The translations under genes were made by a program, and so were the position numbers. From NCBI RefSeq assembly GCF_036321535.1, contig NC_087437.1:85996001-86060000 (forward strand): a stretch of DNA of 64,000 bases, given 5' to 3'. Below, piece after piece: positions 24,583-36,730 of this stretch. This DNA is from Camelus dromedarius. Lineage: Eukaryota. The notes under the pieces were generated by a model that saw nothing but the letters and a program-made list of their open reading frames with translations, made no database searches and was not told where the DNA came from. Numbering within the stretch: position 1 is the stretch's first letter; each line of letters opens with the position of its first letter.

Positions 24583-26282
24583 TGGGGCCCAAGGCCCTCC
24601 ACGGCTCCCACAGGACACCTGCTCATTTCTCTGGAGGAGCTTCGGGTAACCCTTAACGTGGCAGGTAGAAAAGTTGTTTTCTTATTATATACAGGAGCCG
24701 CCTACTCTGTGCTGACTAATTTCCCTGGACCCTGGTCCTCCCAATCCTGTGTAGTAACGGGGATTGACAGAAAGCCCCAAACCAAGCGATTTACAGCCCC
24801 CCTTAGCTGCCTGCTAAAAAATTTTACCTTTGCACATCAGTTTTTGCTCATGCCTGAGTGCCTCATCCCCTTGTTGGGAAGGGATTTAATCACTAAATTC
24901 CAGGCAAAAATTCTAAAACTCCTAGAAGCAGTCCAGCTTCCTAAAGAGGGTGCAGCCATACACTGCAGGGGTCACCAAAAGTGTGATTCTTCCCTTGTAA
25001 AGGGAAATGCCCTCACAGCCAAGGCTGCCAAAGCTGCAGCCAGAGAACAGCCGGTCTTACAAGCCGCAGTTCTCCAACCTGAGGACCAGCCTCTCCCAAC
25101 GGCACCATCCTATACACCTGAAGAGGTTGAATGGGCTAAACATAGGGGGCTAGAGAAGAATCTCTTGGAGTGGCTGACAAAAGATAGTAAGCTTCTCATT
25201 CCTGGGGACAAACAATGGAAAATAATTAAGCATCTCCATGAGTCCACCCACCTAGGGCGGAAATCCATGCTCAGACTAATTTCTCAAGTGTTCCTAGGCA
25301 AGGGGCTGTCCCAAACGATTAAGGAAGTCACTAGGGCCTGTGAACTTTGTGCCCGCAATGACCCAGGAAGTCACCCTATACCCCTACCCCTACTCCGGCC
25401 CACACAACATCGGGGAACTTATAAAGGGGAAGATTGGCAAATGGACTTTCCCCAGATGCCCTCTTGTAAGGGAGGGAAATACGTGTTGGTATTCATAGAC
25501 ACTTTTACAGGATGGGTAGAAGCTTTCCCCACCAGAACGGAAAAAGCAATAGAAGTGTCAAAATTTCTGCTCAAAGAAATAATCCCAAGATTTGGGCTAC
25601 CAAAAAGCTTACAAAGTGATAATGGACCCTCCTTCACTGCCAAGGTGACTCAATAGGTTTCCTCCGCTCTGGATATTAACTATCGCCTCCACTCTTCCTG
25701 GAGGCCTCAATCCTCAGGCAAGGTAGAAAAAGCAAATCATGTTCTAAAGAGAACACTTGCTAAGCTATGTCAGGAGACTTCAGAAACCTGGGTCCCCCTC
25801 CTACCTACAGCCCTTCTAAGAATAAGGACGGCCCCTAAGGGAATTTTAAAACAGCCTATTTGAAATGATTTATGGGAGGCACTTTTTAACTGCAGATTTC
25901 CTGTTTGATGAGGAAACTCACAGATTAGTTTCCCACATTGTTAGCTTAAGTCAAGTTCAAAATGCTCTCCAAGAATATGGAAACAAAGTGTTGCCCTTTC
26001 CCACAGAGGAAAAGTCTGAAGTCCCTGTCCAATCAGGGGAATTTGTCTTACTAAAAACTTGGAAGGAGGGGTCCCCTGAAGACCAGCTACAGCCAAAATG
26101 GAAGGGACCGTATCAGGTACTACTGAGCACCCCAACTGACGTTAAGCTACGAGGAATTGCTAGTTGGGTACGACTGTCCAGGATAAAACTTGTAACTTAT
26201 AAGCCCCAACAGGAGCCAGGAGAGACCTACACTTGGCGAGGCAATACAAGACCTCAGGTACTTGTTTAAGAAAAACAAATAA
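24583..26282 (+). pseudogene. pol: ERV1 pro-pol pseudogene: protease fused to RNaseH C-terminus and integrase, RT absent
   Basis: FLLYTGAAYS (catalytic DTG reads YTG), PLLGRDL, then directly LLEAVQLP..IHCRGHQK..GN. Integrase HESTH..CELC, WQMDF, FIDTFTGWVEAFPT, QSDNGPSF, PQSSGKVEKAN, PKWKGPYQV. Stop at 25654-25656 and frameshifts near 25855 and 26235. Confidence 0.93.
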
Positions 26283-26646
26283 TATCATGTAGCGGTGATT
26301 ACAAATGTTTAACCATGCCTTTTAAGTCTTTTTGTTGTTACAGACTGTCAAACTGTTGTTACAAAGGTGCTTCATCTTTAAGAAAATTCATCAGAAGTCA
26401 ATGGAAACAGTGGGTTACAGCAGCCCCACATCAGATGATGGCTGTGCGAGGTTTCCGGCCCACACCCTCAGCCCTTGGATGCGAAAACAAAAGGCTGTCC
26501 TGCCCCTGGGGCCCCTAGATTAGGCATTCAGAGATTTTTTACTCCCTGATAGGTAGGGTCAACGCCCCTACTCAGCCTGGAAGCAGTTTCAGAAGACGGA
26601 TCTTCGACCCTCTGCAACCCCATGAGATTATGGGAGTAGAATCTCT

Positions 26647-26656
26647 GAGGGGAGAA
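26647..26656 (+). other. Retroviral polypurine tract
   Basis: gaggggagaa lies immediately before the TG that opens the LTR. Confidence 0.8.
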
Positions 26657-27145
26657 TGAGACAGGAAGGGGGCAGGGCACAGCCATTCAAGGAATGCCAC
26701 AGCAGTTAACATCAAAATGATGAAAGATTCAACCCCCAGTAGGCCTTGAGGCTCAGGATGATGAGAGATTTAACTTCTAGTAGATCTTGAGCTTCATTAC
26801 AAGCCCACTGTAATATATTAACATGGTGAATAACATGCCCACAGGCACCATGGCAGTCCCAAGGCTAGCCACAAAAGGTCAAAGGGTGGGAAATGGCCAA
26901 CTTCCTGGGAATCCTAGCCCCTTCCCCTTAGACTGGTCCTTCTACTTATTAGCATATGAAGCCACCAAGCCCATAAAAACCAGCAACATAGCACCTTGTG
27001 GCCACCCCTCCCTCTCCCTCTTTGGAGACGGCCCATATTCTGTCTACAGAGTGTGTACCTACTTTTAATCTGAGCACCCAACCCCCACACCTCGTGGCCT
27101 CTCCCTTGCCTTTCAGTGTATCTCTGAATAAATCTACCTTCACTC
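26657..27145 (+). mobile_element. 3' LTR of the ERV, U3-R only (U5 absent)
   Basis: Starts TGAGACAGG after the PPT. TATA-like cataaaa at ~26972 and AATAAA at 27127-27132. Poly(A) begins 13 nt later, where U5 and the terminal CA would be expected. Confidence 0.85.
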
Positions 27146-27171
27146 AAAAAAAAAAAAAAAAGCAAGAAGTG

Positions 27172-27540
27172 GAGGAGCAGCTAATGAAGCAGTAGGGAGC
27201 CGTGTTATAGAGGCATCTGGCTAGCAAGCTAAGGACCATTTTCCTGATTCAACAATGGAAAATCTTTAAATATATTAGAGTAAAGAAATGGCATAACTAG
27301 TCTTTGTATATGATGGATTTGCATAATGATTAGCCTAGAAAGTTACTATGGAAGATCTGTCTTGGAGATACAGAGGAAGAGAAAGCCAAGGACAAATCAG
27401 ATGGTGACAGAAACTACAGGACTTGGTAATAACTTGGATGAAAAGTTTAGGCACAGAGATAAGCAGGAGGTGTAGGAGAGGGAACTCAAAACTGGTTCTG
27501 GGGTTTCAAGTTTAGGTGACCTAAGAAAACAGAATATTTT
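27172..27540 (-). mobile_element. L2 relic, right part
   Basis: caatggaaaatctttaaa...gaaatggcataa...acaggacttggtaataacttggatg...tctggggtttcaagtttaggtgac is a typical reverse L2 pattern. Confidence 0.55.
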
Positions 27541-28154
27541 TCCAAAAAATATGCAAAATTGAAAAGTTATATGTATAAATGGATATTTTCTCCATTTTAA
27601 CTCAGAGTTTAAAAGGTTTGCTTCAGATCATGATCTATCTAGATAATTGCTTCAATTATCTACTTTCTATCTACTATCATCTCATAGTCTTTAAGATAAT
27701 ATGAATGGATTACATTATGAAACACATATGTAAATTGAAAACAAAGCAATATCATAACAGAAGTTATTTCTATAGTTATTAAGTTTTGTTAAAATAATTG
27801 ATTTATACTTTTAAGATACAGTTATGCAAATAAAATAAAGAAATATGCATGTTATTGGCTTTGCTTCACTAACCCTGCATTAGCAAATAAGATAAAAAAC
27901 CATAGGAGCTGAGCTGAGATATAAGCAAACTACATAAGAAATATTCCTCAAAAAACCTTTTGCCTAAATTTGCTTATATAATTTCAGTTTTTAGGCAATA
28001 TTATACATATAAAATCTTTAATGTAGTTTTATATATAGGACATCTGTCATTGAAACAAAAATTCATTGAGATAAAAAATATTGTACAATTATTTGTATAT
28101 TTTAATAACATGATAAAAGGTAGCTATAGTTTGGATGATCAATAACTTTTTCCT

Positions 28155-29560
28155 AAAATATTTATGCTGTGTTACACACTGTGTGTTAGGATTAGAGATG
28201 TCAGCAGTGACAGGCAGCAGGTCCACTTCAAAGAAAGTTATTATCTAAAAAGGTAAAAGAGCCATTTAACTATAAAACAGTTTGAGAGTTCAGGACAAAA
28301 AGATGGACACTTACTGTAGGTTTGATAGATCAAAGAAGGCGTCTTTAACCTGATAGTAAGGGATAACTAGACCAACTAAAAGAAATGAGGCCGAAATGGA
28401 AGAGTTTCCCAGCAGGGGAGATGGCAGTGAGGAAACCCAGAGGTAAAAAGCTGGAGAGCAGAAAGAGCTGTGGATGGTAGTAAGAAGAGAGGATTGTAAA
28501 TGAAGGAAAGGAGGGCAATGAGAGGCCTGTGTGCCCTGTGACAGAATCTGGGATTTTACCCAGAAGAAAATGAATCATTAAATCTTGTAGCAGAAACACA
28601 AACACATGTATGTGTTATAAACATCACTTCAGGAGGAATGCAGAGAAACAAACTGACTGGATTAAAATGAAAGACTGGCTTTGAAAATATCAAAGAATAT
28701 GAACAGAGATACTAGCTGCTCCAATTAAAATAGTTAAAGTTGTATATAAAGAAGATATACTAAGACACAGAAGAATTTGGTAAATGAGTAAATGTGGACG
28801 ATAAGGAGAAAAGAGATCTAAGATAGTATCCAGATCCTTAGATTGGGTAACAAGAAACATGGTGGTAGTATTCAGTAAAACAGAGTAGGCAGGAAAAGAC
28901 CAAATATGGGATAGAAGATAATAATTGAACTTTATGTATATTGAACCAAAGATGTCTAAGCCATCCAAATGGAGACATCCTATAGGCCACTGAACACACA
29001 GATTTGAAGCAAAGAAGAAAGATCTGGTCCAGAGATTGATCATCAGCACATACATGGCAACTGAAATAAAGAAAGCAGATAAGATTGTTCAGGGATACTA
29101 TTAGATTGACAAAAGGAAAAGGCAGAGGATGGAGCCTTAGGTAATTCCAATATTTAATGAAAAAAAAATAGGGATGAAACAGGAAAATGAGAAGAGTAAA
29201 ATACGATGAAAGCCTAAAGAAGTGTTTTGAAAAGACAACATATTAATGCTGCTGAGACGTCAAGGATGGTAAGAACCGAAAAGTATCTACGTGACTCACT
29301 AGCAGGGATGCTACGGTCAGACATAGGAAGAATGTATCTGTGTATCACTGGGGTCAAGCTAGTTTACAGTGAATGAGAGAAAGTAAATTCCAGAAAGTAA
29401 TTACAGACAACACTTTTAGATAGAGTTTGGGAGATATTTAGAGAGGGGCATAGAATAGATATGACTGCCTTAAGGAGGGAGAGACTTGCCATGGTTAAAT
29501 GTTCATTAGAGGTATGAGTACAGAATGACTTTGAAGATTCAGGATGGAATCAAAATACCT
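28155..29560 (-). mobile_element. L2 relic (~1.4 kb)
   Basis: Long degenerate L2 pattern, e.g. ttagattgggtaacaag...ttgaactttatgtatattga...gccatccaaatggagacatcc...atcagcacatacatgg. Confidence 0.75.
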
Positions 29561-29647
29561 CCAAGCGAAATAATTAAATGTAAAGGAGAAAGTACTTTTT
29601 TTCTTCATATGAAGAAAATGATGGATTCAAATTTCTTCTCACCTAAG

Positions 29648-30282
29648 TGTATTAGTTTTTCTGTTGCTATGTTTAAAAAATCAGTACAAAGTAAGCTGTG
29701 TACAACTACACTAATTTCTTATCTCACAGTTTTCATGGGCTGGTCACTGGTTACCTAAGTCATCTCGGAGCCTGACAGAGTGAAATCAAGGTATGGGCTG
29801 CACCTCTGTTCTCATCTGAGGCTCAGGGTCCTCTTCTGGTTTTTGGCAGAATTCAGTTCCCCGCAGCTGTGGGACTGAAGTCCCTGGTTTATTACTGGCT
29901 ATTGGCCAGCTGTTGTGCCTACAAGCCATCTGCTGTCCCTTTCATGTGGCCCTCTCCACAAGATGACAAGTGCTTCCCCAAAGCCAATGAGAGAATATGT
30001 TTCAAATCTCTCCAACATCAGGATGGCTCTGGTCTCTTTCAAAGGCCTGCCTGATTAGATCAGACCCACCCAGGATCACTTCTCTTGAGATTAACTCAAA
30101 GTCAAACTGATTTGCAACCTTAATTTCATTTCAAAATCCCTTCACCTTTAACATATAATACACAGGCGTGACAGCCATTTTATTCACAGGTTCTTTCCAC
30201 ACCCATGGGGAGGGGATAATACCAAGCACATACTCCAGGACACAGGAATTTGGAGGGCCATCTCAGAATCCTGCATAACACA
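29648..30282 (-). mobile_element. MLT1E-type MaLR solo LTR
   Basis: tgtattagtttttctgttgct...ttatctcacagttt...ttggcagaattcagttcc...cctgattagatcagacccacccaggat...gattaactcaaagtcaa...gggccatctcagaat. Confidence 0.85.
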
Positions 30283-31491
30283 TCAAGAAAGCCATCACCC
30301 TAAATTTAAATATTTTTCTTTTGTCTCTAAAATGGAGTTTTGCTCACTATTTACTTAATAAGTATGTTCTCATCTCTAAATACATACATACATACATACT
30401 TACATACATACATTGTTTTACATTTTTTATTGAAGTCCTCCATTTTAAAAGAACAATGTCTTTAAAAAACAGCTAGAAGTTTAAAATTTATTGAAAAAAG
30501 CAACACCATTGAAAACTGTTGGGACCCTCCTAAGGCAGAGTTAAGGGAAAAATATAATTGCAGAGAGGTCTTATTAGTCTACACAGAGATCTAACTCGTG
30601 GTATTCAATAAAACTGAAAAAAAAAAAGATAACAGGGAAATAAAAGCAATTCCTACAGCTCTCTATCATAACTCTCCCCACCTGTCTTGATGCAGTAGTC
30701 CTTGGGAACTTTTTGCTTTGGGCTGGCACTAAGTGTTGTTCCTCTTTGGGGCAGCACTAGGTTTCCCCATTCTATAAAGGTTTAGTTCCCATAAGCATAC
30801 CTGGTTCTGGACTTTTTCAACATAAGAAAGGAAGAATTGAGTGTGGGGGATTTTTTGCCTCTTTGCCTTTTGATTTCTGGATCTCTTCCTGAAATGAGTA
30901 GAGATTAATCAGGTGGGAGTTAGATACCTGTTCATAATAAAACCTGACTCTATTCAGCATCAGTCCTAAAGAAAATTACTTTCAAAACACAGATGGCACA
31001 AAATAGTCCCCACTTACTTAATTCTTCCAGGATTGCACAAAACTAAACTGAAGGGTGGCAACTGAATCCATGGAACCAGCCCGGGAGCAGAAGCTGTCGT
31101 ATCCCCTTCTCTGCCACTTCCCGTTGCAAACAATAAAGGCCATTAGTACCGCAAAACAAACAAATAAAACAAAGACCGCTAAACTATAATAAATTCAAAT
31201 AACAAAACGGAGAAATGATGTAGCAAATCTATCTTTTATTGCATGCAATGTGTACTTGAAATTGTAACACCTACCCTCAAAAAAAGTACGTAACACAGTA
31301 TCTCCCTAGCAAATTTGTAAGATAATTAGATTCTAAAACTGTCCAAACACAGTATAATACGGAGCCATTATCAATTTACAGTGTCTTCCAGGGGTGTGGG
31401 AAGAGGATGAGGGTGGAAATGCAAGTACAATTAAGATATATTTGCCACACATGCCCTAGGAAACAATGCAGGCTAGATAAGAGAAGGAAGA

Positions 31492-31720
31492 ATAATAGCT
31501 TCTAGTTATTGAATCCTGGTGGTGTTACAGCCACTACAGTGGATACTGTATATACATTATCAGAGGTGTTCACAAAGACCCTGCAGGGTAGATATTTGTA
31601 TCACTTTTTAAAATCTTGCAAAAGGGAGAGACAGAAAGGTTAAGAAACTTATCCAGAGCCACAGGAGTATGTGAGAGGCTGTAATGTGTCCCCAAGTTTA
31701 GCTGACTTCAAGGCCAGTAC
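31492..31720 (-). mobile_element. MIR SINE
   Basis: ataatagct...tcacaaagaccctgcagggtagatatt...gacagaaaggttaagaaacttatccagagccacag...ctgacttcaaggcc. Confidence 0.75.
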
Positions 31721-32806
31721 AATTTCTCATATATCACATTGCCCCTGGTGAGAAGGAGTGCCAGTGAGGAGTCCAATGCCATATGTCTCCAGAGCACTGG
31801 AGTAGCACATGCTAAAACAACTTTAGATTCTTCTGATTGCTCAACGACCTTGTTTTTTAGAAAAGTACTACAAAACATATATTGATTATGCCCTATCATC
31901 CTGTATGTGATGAGAGTATGTCCTCAAACTGATCTATTTTCATAATATTTTAATAACACAGATTTTAAAAAAATAAACACCTTATCATTAAAAGTTTTTT
32001 GTATCAGAAATTTTAAATTCTGATTTAATCAATTTTAAATTTGATTAAATTCTTGGATTTGGTCATTTCTTTTCTTCTGGTTTAAATAAATAGACAGACA
32101 GACAGACACAGATAAAACCTCAGTTAAATAATGCTCTGAATAAACAATGCATAAAGCTTCTCAGGCTTCTTCCTAGATTTTAGCTTGTACAAATCTGCAT
32201 CTGTCTTCTTGAAAAAAATAAATTATTGTCTGAGGGACAGAGAGACACTACTTCAGTAACATACTGATAAGTATTGGGAACACTCTATAGCATTTTTGTT
32301 ATTATATATTGATATAATTGCTGTTTCCTCTAGTGTTTCTCTCCTTCCCTTTTGAGAGGCCAACATAAGAGACGTCTGCCTGCGTATCTAGAGCCAGAAA
32401 CTCATTATGATAGCAGCCCTGCAAGGCAGTGGTGGGAGCCAAACTGTGAAATTGTGATTCTTTGAGTGGAGTGTGCGAAGCGCTATGTACTGCTAGTTTT
32501 CTAATGGATTGAACCACAGAAGCACAGCAAATAGTCAAAAAAACCCTGAAGGTTGGTTTAGTGTGGGTATTTACCTTAGCAGTATTCAAGAGAAAAATTA
32601 GACAGACAGGAATACTTGTTAAAATGAATGTTTCCTTGGCTGAGAGAGGTCTGCTGTAACATTTGCTTTTCATTGACATTTGACATGTATTTTGACTATT
32701 CCTTTACATTTTTATTTCTCTAAAGAATTCATTTTGATGGAGACTATGAGGGAAGAAAGGTTGGTGGAATTTGTCAGCTGAATTTTGTGAAATTTTATAA
32801 TAAATC

Positions 32807-33413
32807 TGTTGCCGGTGATTAGGTTCTTGTCTTGTCACAGAAAGAATTCAGAGATTAGATGGAGATTAAGAAAGTAAAGTGAGGATTTATTAAAGGATGG
32901 AAAGTGCACTCTCAAGGGGAGAGCAGGCAGGCTCAGGTGAGCGGCTGCCCTGAGTTTCTTTGGCAAGTTGATTGCATACGGTGTAAAAATGAATAGGCAG
33001 AATATTCACTAGGAAAGGAAGGGTTTGGGGTCATATTCCCTGATTTTCATCCCAACTCCACCTTCCTGAAGGGAAGTGGGATTATTATCCTTATTTAGCC
33101 TGGATCCAAAGGGTCACGGCGTCAGTGCATGATGGGTACTTCTAATCCCAAAGGCTAATTTTATTGAAATGAGGGCATAATGAGCAAACGGTTAGACACT
33201 GGAGACACTGGAGATTCCTGCCTTTTCCCACCTTTCTTTGTCAGACTCCAGGGCACTTGTCACCCAAAATGTGTGACTGCTTATCAGCCCAGAGGTTCCT
33301 GCTTTTCTCTGGCTGCCCAGGGACCCCTGTTGTTTACATGATGTATGGTTTCCTGTCACTTGGCCTGCATCCCTCTTTCTCTGCTCATACGTGGCTATCT
33401 CCCTGCTGTAACA
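32807..33413 (-). mobile_element. ERV1-class solo LTR (607 bp)
   Basis: TGTT...AACA termini, perfect 4-bp TSD aatc (32803-32806 and 33414-33417), and a minus-strand AATAAA (tttatt) near the left end. Confidence 0.88.
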
Positions 33414-34759
33414 AATCAAGTCTTTATTTGTTCCTCCTTTTGGACAGATTTAGGAATCAGTGACCAAAATAGTCAACCTTCCCTACTTATTTTTTTATAA
33501 AAATTATATAAGAAAATAAGATACATAGTTTAGCACCAATATAATGTCATTCCTCCTACTGAGCTTATATATGTACAATGGAAACTGTGGAGCTCAAGAA
33601 CTATTTGATGTAAGTGGCAAACCTGGATGATTTAGTGAATAAAACCTCAACTTGCATCTTCAAAGAAACTCATCTCAAGCTATGACTGCCTAAAGTATGT
33701 AAATGTATGTAAATCAGTCCCTTCCTGTGGTTTTATATTTGTTCTTATAACAAAGAGGAAAAACTTGCATGTAAAGGAGTTAAACTTGCATATAATTTTA
33801 AGTTAGACAATAGTGTTCTACTTTGGTGTAGGCCATGAGATGTTAGAATAACTCAAAGGAACAAATATCAAATGCTCACATATATTTAAGTGTGAAGAGA
33901 AACTAAAGAGAACTGCCCATAGCTGCATCACCCCAGTCATTCCCTCTTAATTATTTCTCCCCTCACCCCAACATGCATCTTTAGGTCAGTTTCTCTGCTA
34001 AAGATCCCTCCTCCCTTCTCTTATTCCTTGGTCTTCTCTCAGGCTCTAGAACAGGGATTGGAAAGATACTAGTGGTTGTTTGCCAGGCCGTATGCCAACA
34101 TAAGGAAGGCAATGTTTCTTCGGGGAGTTGGAGACAAATGTTATCTCTACATGTCACTTACCTAGAAAGATGATTGATGAGAAGTAATCAGGTGACCTAG
34201 AACTTAGCCTCAGGATATAGGACAGACATTTGAGCTTGTGCCTCCCTCCAACACCTGTGAGCCCAAATACTCTCCAAGTATTCTCCACAGGTACTACTGC
34301 TTGGGGTCGGGGTTGGGAGGAGTTTCGAGGGGGCTGCTTCACTCCTCAGTATTCACTGCCAACTGTCAAAACTTAGCCCCAATGTCCACAGCCAGTTTTA
34401 TCAGTAGGATTTGTCCTCTTCAATGATACTCCATTAAAAAATATCTTTTAAAAAAGGCTAAATCTCTGAAAGATATTATTTAAAAGAAAGTTTATGACAG
34501 GTAAAATGAGAGCTAACATTATTTGTCACTGTCAAGCATATTTTAAAACATCATTAAACCAGTGGAAATTATTGTGGAAAACAAACAAAATGAAATAATA
34601 ATTCCAATTACATCCATATCCATATATACTTGCATGCACATGTATATTATGTTTACTTATTATAAATGCCACATCACAGATGTAAAGGGAGGAGCTATTC
34701 TAAAATGGAGTGTAATAAGTGCTGAGGAATTTGGAGAAATAAATAGAAACCAAATATAA

Positions 34760-35530
34760 ACTTATTATATAATATATAAACTCAATATGCATAAAATGGC
34801 TATTTTACATTATACAAAATTTTTAATAATAAAAAAAGATATAATAATGATTTTAAAGATAGAAAACAGATCCAGAAAAATGTTTGCAGCAAATGTTACA
34901 TATAAAAAGCAGTAACTATACTACATAAAAAGCACAGGAAAATTGGTATGAAAAATAACACTAAAATGAAAGAAAAGAATATGAACAATCTGAATTAAAA
35001 TTAGTAAAATAAAATAAATCTACGTAAAACTGTTCAACTCTGCTAGTTATCAAAAGATTGCACTGAAATAAAAGTAATGAGCCTTTTTAAACCAATAAAA
35101 TGAGGGAATTTGGTAATCAAGCAGACATTCTCATATATAGCATAATAAATTGGCAAATTTCTTTTGGAAAAATTATTTTTCAGTATACATTAAGACATAA
35201 AATGATTGTATTCTTTAACCCAATTATCTCACTTTTGGTAGGGGGATAGAAAAAGGAAATAAATAAAATGATAAGAGAAAGTGAGGAAAATTTAACATAC
35301 ATAAAAATTTTCATTGTAACAAATATAAAGCCACTAAAATTATGAGGATTTCATAACAACATGGAAAAATACTTATTTATAACACTAAATGAAAAAGAAA
35401 TAATTATATCTGTCTACTAAGTATAAAAATACAAAAACCATGCCTAAATTGAGAACTATATTGGGAAGAATGAATATACAAAGGAGTTTGATTTGTTAAA
35501 TATTTAACTGTGGGTTATTTTAATGCATTG
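34760..35530 (+). mobile_element. Ancient L1 (L1ME-type) ORF2 3' end / 3'UTR relic
   Basis: A-rich, with agaaaaatgtttgcagcaaat...tgttcaactctgctagttatcaaa...taaattggcaaatttcttttggaaaa...ctttaacccaattatctcactttt. Confidence 0.65.
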
Positions 35531-35619
35531 TATCTTGACCTAATCAATGCTGCAATTTTACTTATCTAGCAAAAATAATTTCTTCAAAGTAAAAATTCCT
35601 GTCAGGAAATAACAAAAGC

Positions 35620-36080
35620 CATGGTGCTCCCTCACTATCCATTCTCATTTTTCATAAAAATTTTATCTGGGCATAAGACACCAGAATAAAGGCAGCAGTC
35701 CCAGCCTCCTGCATAGCCAGGTGAGGGCATGTGACTAAGTCCTAGCCAATGTGCTATGAGCAGGAATACTCTGTGGCAGCTTCCTGAATCCTATCTTAAC
35801 AGACGACTGTCACATGGCCTTCCCCCTACTTCTGTGTTCCCTTCTCCTGTTACTAGGTTGTAGATGCCAACTCAGACAAGGGCCAGTGTACAGTGACAAA
35901 GCAGCATGCACTGGAAGGGGCCTGGGTCCTTCCAGACACCGCAGAGCAGAGTCGTACTCCTAGTCCTGGTTTCTTCATCTCTGGACTTTCTCTATTTTAA
36001 AGAGAATGAGCAATAAACTACCCTGCAAAAACCATGGTTAGTTCTCATTTTTCTGTTACAGCAGAATCTCAACCTACTAA
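35620..36080 (+). mobile_element. LTR33-like ERVL LTR relic
   Basis: cagaataaag...cccagcctcctgcatagccaggtgagggcatgtgactaagtcctagccaatg...ctctggactt...ttttctgttacagcag. Confidence 0.65.
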
Positions 36081-36262
36081 ATGAGGAGAAGGTTACCCCA
36101 AAAGCCAGCTAGCTGCAATATTTAAGCTATAATCAATTGAAAATTGTTGACAGCAAGGTAGAGACAACAATCTGAGGGCAGTAGGACACCAAAAGTTTTC
36201 TCAAGGTTGACCCCAGGGTATTCAAATTAACTGACTAGGTCTAGGCAGTTGGTCCCTCCATG

Positions 36263-36483
36263 CCAGGCATTTTCAAAGGGGGTGATATTGCCCCAAAGGG
36301 GTGAAAATTGGCTCTTAGGGAGGACAAAAAGTGTAAGGATTAAATAATGATTTATGACTCTCCAACACACCACAGAACATAAAGGGACATACAATATATC
36401 TGTGGTATTATATTTCATGGGGGTGGGTCTAGGTCTAAAAAGGCTCCTTAGGAGGGTGATAATTAAAAAAAAAAAAGACTGTG
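36263..36483. mobile_element. hAT-Charlie MITE (MER112-like)
   Basis: gggggtgatattgccccaaaggggtgaaaattgg...tacaatatatctgtggtatta...gtctaaaaaggctccttaggagggtgataat. Confidence 0.7.
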
Positions 36484-36494
36484 GAATGCCGCTC

Positions 36495-36730
36495 ACTATG
36501 AAATGTCCACCCCTGCCTGTTCTATCAAAGGAATTCTGGTTTTTTTTAGACTCTATAGCTTCCCAATTTTTTAACCACTTGTCACACTATTGTGTTAGTG
36601 AGTTTATTTTTCCGTCTCTCCCACTAGGTTTTTGGCTGATTATAAGAAGATTATGGCTCTGAATTCTGCATCTGTCACACGTTGCTTGGCACAAATTAAT
36701 AGCACAAGAAATATGAATGGCTGAATGAGC
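36495..36730 (+). mobile_element. L2 3' end relic
   Basis: cacttgtcacact...gtctctcccactag...gcttggcacaaattaatagcacaagaaatatgaatggctgaatga. Confidence 0.6.

Larger units (their letters stand above)
24572..27161 (+). mobile_element. Processed (L1-retroposed) copy of an internally deleted ERV1 / gammaretrovirus-like element
   Basis: In order: gag stop (TGA 24580-24582), pro, RNaseH tail, integrase, PPT, U3-R, poly(A) 27146-27161. No 5' LTR and no U5. Flanking repeats aaggaagaagtg (24560-24571) and aagcaagaagtg (27160-27171). Confidence 0.92.

Noticed and set aside
24658..25656. 332-aa ORF as a functional or domesticated gene
   Set aside because: The start is a GTG inside the protease region, the protease and RNaseH catalytic Asp residues are changed, and integrase is cut by a stop before its catalytic Glu. 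Treated as a pseudogene.
30480..30960. Possible ancient LTR relic (similar impressions at ~33900-34400, 44990-45240, 52070-52650 and 54750-55330)
   Set aside because: Composition suggests old LTR or other repeat sequence, but I could not match a family or define termini.
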